A DNA stretch of 64,000 bases. It comes from a bacterium. Its GTDB lineage: Bacteria; SZUA-182; DTGQ01; JAFGSM01. Both the position numbers and the translations under genes were made by a program. Shown here piece by piece: positions 59,845-64,000 of this stretch (its first letter is position 1; each line of letters starts with the position of its first letter). Location of the stretch: positions 1 to 64,000 of the forward strand of contig JBLIRN010000001.1 of NCBI GenBank assembly GCA_049472315.1, given 5' to 3'. The notes beneath the pieces are model-generated. The model was given only the letters and a program-made list of their open reading frames with translations, was not told where the DNA came from and did no database searches.

Positions 59845-61272
59845 ATGCTCGGCCGGGAGGTGGAGCACAGCATTGCCCTGCGTGAACACTGTGGTGTGGT
59901 CGGCGTCTATAATCATCCCGAGGCGGCCAACCTGACCTACCTGGGCCTTTTTGCGCTCCAGCACAGGGGGCAGGAGAGTGCAGGCATCGCCTCCTGTGAC
60001 GAAGGCAGGATGTACATGGAGAAGGCCATGGGCAAGGTCGCCGACGTGTTCACCCGGGCCCGGCTCGCCCAGGTCCCGGGAAGGATGGCCATTGGCCATG
60101 TACGCTACTCCACCGCGGGGGAGAGCTCCATGGCCGAGTCACAGCCCATCATGGTGAAGTACGCCCACGGCACCATGGCGATCGCCCACAACGGAAACCT
60201 GATCAACGCGGAAAGGATCCGCTCGTTCCTGGTCGATGACGGGTCGATCTTTCAATCCACCACCGACAGCGAGGTCATCGTCCACCTTATCGCCCGCTCC
60301 AAGGCGGAGGGATTTCCCCAGAGGGTCATGGATTCCCTCTCCAAGATCGAGGGCGCCTACTCGCTCGTCTTCATGACCGAGAATCAGATGATCGGCATGC
60401 GCGACCCCCGGGGGTTCCGGCCGCTCGCCCTGGGCAGGATCGGGGACGGCTACTGCCTGGTCTCCGAGACCTGCGCCCTGGACCTCATGGACGCCACCCT
60501 GATCAGGGAGATCGATCCGGGTGAGATGGTGATCATCACGGATGACGGGGTGCGCAGCTTCAAGCCGTTTTCCCCGGAGCGGACGAGCTTCTGCGTGTTC
60601 GAATATATCTATTTCGCACGTCCGGACAGCACCATCCACGGTCTCAACGTCCACCTGACCAGGAAGGAATTCGGCAGGCAGCTCGCCCGGGAATCGAGGG
60701 TTGATGCCGATCTGGTGGTCCCCGTCCCCGATTCGGGCACCAGCGCGGCGCTCGGGTTTGCCGAGCAATCGGGTATCCCCTATGAACTCGGCATGATACG
60801 GAATCGCTACGTGGGCAGGACCTTCATCGAGCCCAAGCAGTCGATCCGGCACTTCGGGGTCAAGCTCAAGCTGAACCCGGTGAAGGAACTGCTCAGGGGG
60901 AAGCGGGTCATCGTCATCGATGATTCCATCGTGAGGGCCACCACCAGTAAAAAGATCGTGTCCCTGATCAGGGGGGTGGGCGCCCGGGAGATCCATATGC
61001 GCATCGCCTCCCCTCCCACCTCGTTTCCCTGCTATTACGGCATCGACATCCCCACCCGCCAGGAGCTCATCGCCTCATCCCACACCAAAAAGGAGATCAG
61101 CGATTTTATCGGCGCGGACAGCCTGGAATATATCTCGGTGGAGGGGATGAGACGCTCCGTTGGCCACATGGGCGAAAGGATCTGCTGCGCCTGCTTTACC
61201 GGCGAATACCCACTCCCCGTTGAGGAGGAGCGCTACGTCCAGCTCCGGCTCTTCGAAAAATACCAGGAATAA
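59845..61272 (+). CDS. purF: Amidophosphoribosyltransferase (propeptide, Fe-S type)
   Basis: EHCGVVG, QHRGQES, HNGN, DDSIVR, CYYGID, CCAC; start uncertain. Confidence 0.96.
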   Translation: MLGREVEHSIALREHCGVVGVYNHPEAANLTYLGLFALQHRGQESAGIASCDEGRMYMEKAMGKVADVFTRARLAQVPGRMAIGHVRYSTAGESSMAESQPIMVKYAHGTMAIAHNGNLINAERIRSFLVDDGSIFQSTTDSEVIVHLIARSKAEGFPQRVMDSLSKIEGAYSLVFMTENQMIGMRDPRGFRPLALGRIGDGYCLVSETCALDLMDATLIREIDPGEMVIITDDGVRSFKPFSPERTSFCVFEYIYFARPDSTIHGLNVHLTRKEFGRQLARESRVDADLVVPVPDSGTSAALGFAEQSGIPYELGMIRNRYVGRTFIEPKQSIRHFGVKLKLNPVKELLRGKRVIVIDDSIVRATTSKKIVSLIRGVGAREIHMRIASPPTSFPCYYGIDIPTRQELIASSHTKKEISDFIGADSLEYISVEGMRRSVGHMGERICCACFTGEYPLPVEEERYVQLRLFEKYQE

Positions 61273-61492
61273 ACCCCCTATCTATTCTGTCCGCCTCTGA
61301 TAAAGATCCTCGTATATAATACCATTTCACATGACCTATCGTTCGGACGCAACCGTAGCAGGTTCTGCACCTATAGACCGGATCACTGTTCAATCTCACC
61401 CGCCGCAGAGGAACGCAGTAAATAGCGGTCACCACCCGGTAATGGGATGATTTATTCCCCCATCAATTTGCTTCCATATAATGAAGCCGTTA

Positions 61493-62380
61493 TCATCGGG
61501 AATTATTCATAAAAAAGGATTCTAACGTATAGCTGTGATTCCCTTTTTTGAGTTCCCGTTCTAAATTTAATTTGATTGGATTTTCAAAATCCCGTTTATA
61601 GTAGATATATATCTCTCCATTGGCTAGGTCATAGATAGTGGAGTAGATTGTTCCACATTCCTTTCCGCCCTCGGTTTGCTCATGTTGGGAAACCATTTTC
61701 AATATCGATGCAAAATACTCAATGGAAATCTCCGGCGGATTTTCCATCAGCTCCCTGACCGTATCATATCTCCCACACGGATAATTACCCAGTTCAGGGT
61801 GTGACAGCCAAAAATTGGTTATCACCTTATAGTCATTCTTTTTTCGTAAAATTTTCATTTCACCGTCAACCCATTCAACGACTGCAGAATCACCACTTCT
61901 ATCAACCAGCATAATATGGGATCGAATGAATGGGATAGTATATTGCCTAAGCCATTGTATGGCTTCATCCACTGTGGAACATTGTGCCAATAGACTCTCC
62001 GGCAAACCGAATGTTCCAATTCGCTTCCTAAAGGAAAACGTGGGAGGATGAGATTTGGGGCACAAGGCCCAGTCAAAAAACAATCCTTGATCGTTCATGC
62101 CTCCCTGGGCCTGTGGAAAGAACAGGCATCGGTTCCACCCAAAACAGACCCTTCCATAGCCCTTCTCGGTTGCAGGAACAAACCATATTTTGACCTTGGT
62201 TGAATATGCTCCATCCTCGTTATTCCCAACCAAAACCATATCGTCTCGATTGCCATTGAATATTGTACAGGTTGATGCAGTGCCATAACAAAAAATAAAA
62301 ACGATCAATATGGAAAGGGCGATTGCACCACGAATACGCAGGATTCGCTTTTCGATTTCACATGCTGGAACGATCTTCAT
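61493..62380 (-). CDS. Exported Ntn-hydrolase (C45/linear amide C-N hydrolase-like), probable cassette gene
   Basis: Hydrophobic leader then CTIF nucleophile, GNNED, GGMNDQGL, DRSGDSAVVE, ITNF, CGRY. Confidence 0.75.
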   Translation of the reverse strand: MKIVPACEIEKRILRIRGAIALSILIVFIFCYGTASTCTIFNGNRDDMVLVGNNEDGAYSTKVKIWFVPATEKGYGRVCFGWNRCLFFPQAQGGMNDQGLFFDWALCPKSHPPTFSFRKRIGTFGLPESLLAQCSTVDEAIQWLRQYTIPFIRSHIMLVDRSGDSAVVEWVDGEMKILRKKNDYKVITNFWLSHPELGNYPCGRYDTVRELMENPPEISIEYFASILKMVSQHEQTEGGKECGTIYSTIYDLANGEIYIYYKRDFENPIKLNLERELKKGNHSYTLESFFMNNSR

Positions 62381-62392
62381 GATTTGTTGGCC
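62365..62392 (-). mobile_element. Possible internally deleted attC remnant
   Basis: GGCCAAC (R''-like) and GTTCCAG (R'-like) only 14 nt apart, right after the STAS/SEC14 stop. Confidence 0.35.
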
Positions 62393-62398
62393 AAAATT

Positions 62399-62779
62399 TT
62401 ACGAATTGTCATCCCGGCTTGATAACCACGCTTCTGCTTCTATTCTTTGGTCCCTACTAAATGCCTTGATTTCAAGACCTGGGAACAACGCACCCTCGAA
62501 TTCACTTACTTTCTTTAACCAGGTCTTGTCAGTCAAAACTGCTGCACGCCTGAATTTTTTCAAAAAACCAAACATAGAAGGAAGCCGAGAAAATTCTATT
62601 GTAATTGCTTCAAGTGAAGGAATATGGAAATCAATAACGTCATAAAGCATTTTGCCGTTTTCAATGTTCTCCGACTTACTGACAAGCTCGTCCAAGGCAA
62701 TTATCATATCCTCGGCATTTAACCTTCCGCTCATCTCAATATCCAAACGATTCGCGCCTTTTTGTATTATCTTAAACAT
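62399..62779 (-). CDS. SpoIIAA-like (STAS/SEC14) domain protein, cassette gene
   Basis: IEMSGRL.AED...RRAAVLTDKTW...EIKAF....EAEAWL; AGGAG RBS. Confidence 0.75.
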   Translation of the reverse strand: MFKIIQKGANRLDIEMSGRLNAEDMIIALDELVSKSENIENGKMLYDVIDFHIPSLEAITIEFSRLPSMFGFLKKFRRAAVLTDKTWLKKVSEFEGALFPGLEIKAFSRDQRIEAEAWLSSRDDNS

Positions 62780-62808
62780 AAGCTCTCCTATTATTGAGCC
62801 CCTTATAT

Positions 62809-62901
62809 GACTAACCACGGGCATGCCCCTTGTGAGCAATTAGGAAGGAGTGCGCGTTTCAGGGCAGCTAAGCAAGGTCAGGGTGCACGCCGTTGTTCTC
62901 C
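62809..62901 (-). mobile_element. attC site (93 bp)
   Basis: R'' GGAGAAC right after the ORF6N stop, imperfect inverted repeat, R' GTTAGTC; R'' is complementary to this cassette's 5' GTTCTCC. Confidence 0.75.
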
Positions 62902-62908
62902 GAAATTA

Positions 62909-63457
62909 TTATTTCTTTTTATCGGTAACTATGAAACCTATGGATCTCTTCTTTCCTCTTGGTTTCCGAGTATCTATCAATTTTCGAATTTCACGAACCA
63001 ATTGGATCAATACCTCATCATGGTCGCTCACACGCTTCTCCAATTGGTCGATTTTCCTTGATAGCTTCTCATTTGTCAGAGCCATTTCACGAAGACGAAC
63101 AAAGGCTCTGACAATAAAAATACTCATTTTATTAGCTTGTTCAGAGTTCAGCACATTTGCTGCCTGCAAGGCACCATGTTCCGTGAAAACCAATGGAGGC
63201 TTTCGTCGGCCACCCCAGCCGGAACTTGATATCGCAATTTGCGACTTCAAGTCGTCAAATTCTTTTTTGGTCAATTGGAACATAAAATCGGACGGAAATT
63301 TATCAATATTCCGACGCACTTGTTCGTTAAGGCGCCTTGTTTCAACGCCATATAGTGCTGCAAGGTCGGAATCCAATATGACCTTTTCTCCACGAATGAC
63401 CATTATGGTACTTAATATTCGTTTTTTGACGATAAGTTCCTTTGGACTTTCCGGCAT
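62909..63457 (-). CDS. ORF6N-domain DNA-binding protein, cassette gene
   Basis: IRGEKVILDSDLA.LYGVET..LNEQV.RN..KFP.DFMFQLT...FTEHGA....VLNS...IVRAF...IGF. Confidence 0.9.
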   Translation of the reverse strand: MPESPKELIVKKRILSTIMVIRGEKVILDSDLAALYGVETRRLNEQVRRNIDKFPSDFMFQLTKKEFDDLKSQIAISSSGWGGRRKPPLVFTEHGALQAANVLNSEQANKMSIFIVRAFVRLREMALTNEKLSRKIDQLEKRVSDHDEVLIQLVREIRKLIDTRKPRGKKRSIGFIVTDKKK

Positions 63458-63480
63458 TGCTTTTCATTCCTTTTTTTATC

Positions 63481-63551
63481 GGAGAACGTTATGATGAGGG
63501 GCTTGGTGGAGCGCCAGCGGAACCAAGTCCCTCTCCATCAATTCGTTCGGA
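63481..63551 (-). mobile_element. attC site (71 bp)
   Basis: TCCGAAC-GAAT-TGATGGAGAGGGACTTGG...CCAAGCCCCTCATCA-TAAC-GTTCTCC: R''/L''/L'/R' layout. Confidence 0.85.
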
Positions 63552-63593
63552 TTCCTCAATATCCTTCCATGCCCTGTAATCCTTGCCACGCAT

Positions 63594-63836
63594 TCAAGAG
63601 GGGCCTCCAGGGAATTCCAATTTGCAGGAACGACACACATATGTTGTAACCTTCTCATAAGCAGCACAATGACCAAGTAGGAGAAACAAGAAACCGATGA
63701 TTGGGCCGATGATTGTTGGGAAAGTGAAGATGATAAGCAATACGCCAATCAATTCAAAAAGACACGATCCCGCACCGGTCGCTCTTTTGCGTTTGGTTAT
63801 GCTTGTCAGCTTGTTTCCGCACTTTGGGCAATTCAT
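63594..63836 (-). CDS. Small Cys-flanked membrane protein (LITAF-like layout), cassette gene
   Basis: CPKC, hydrophobic hairpin, CRSC; lies between two attC sites. Confidence 0.65.
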   Translation of the reverse strand: MNCPKCGNKLTSITKRKRATGAGSCLFELIGVLLIIFTFPTIIGPIIGFLFLLLGHCAAYEKVTTYVCRSCKLEFPGGPS

Positions 63837-63847
63837 GTTTCTTATCA

Positions 63848-63947
63848 TCCGAACGACCAGGCCCTGCCTTGCGAGCAATTAAACAGGAGTGTAAATTGAA
63901 GGCGGATAGGAACCCATTAGCCAGAGGCACGGGAACTGCCGTTGGAT
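63848..63947 (-). mobile_element. attC site (100 bp) of the upstream cassette
   Basis: R'' ATCCAAC, CCC(G)TGCCT/AGGCAGGG pairing with an extra G, R' GTTCGGA; shares CACTCCT..TAATTGCTC.CAAGG with the 62809 site. Confidence 0.75.
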
Positions 63948-64000
63948 TCATGTTGCAATGATGAGAGGCGCCTGCCCCAAATATCCATACGGTCTTTGGA

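Noticed and set aside
62909..63457. Prophage inferred from the ORF6N gene
   Set aside because: No other phage genes, and the gene is bounded by attC-type sites.

Overview
A 64-kb bacterial chromosome segment from a GC-rich diderm organism (my impression is a deltaproteobacterium-like or uncultured lineage; not determinable here). Most of it is housekeeping: the Thr-Tyr-Gly-Thr tRNA/tuf operon, rpsF-ssb-rpsR-rplI-dnaB, alr-mlaEFD-radA-carD-ispDF-cysS-rlmB, TPR-TPR-exbBD-tonB-tsaE, ispG-queD, rpsO-pnp-M16-dut, purB and purSQLF. Five things stand out. (1) The gene at the left edge begins as EF-Tu and switches in frame to SelB-like sequence at the shared [10 protein letters not shown] motif, either an assembly chimera or a real hybrid. 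(2) A ~16-kb accessory block splits purB from purS. It holds a WspR-like receiver fused to a Cya2-type (guanylyl-like) class III cyclase, directly upstream of a ~2350-aa metallophosphoesterase/P-loop NTPase protein with 29 42-aa repeats. (3) An AT-richer array of integron-type cassettes with matched attC core sites lies at the right edge, with no integrase in the window. (4) A family of related ~61-65-bp repeats follows tRNA genes at two loci. (5) A secreted, almost uncharged Gly/Tyr/Ser repeat protein sits under a sigma-54-type promoter. All calls come from reading motifs by eye; no database searches were run, and start codons are best guesses.
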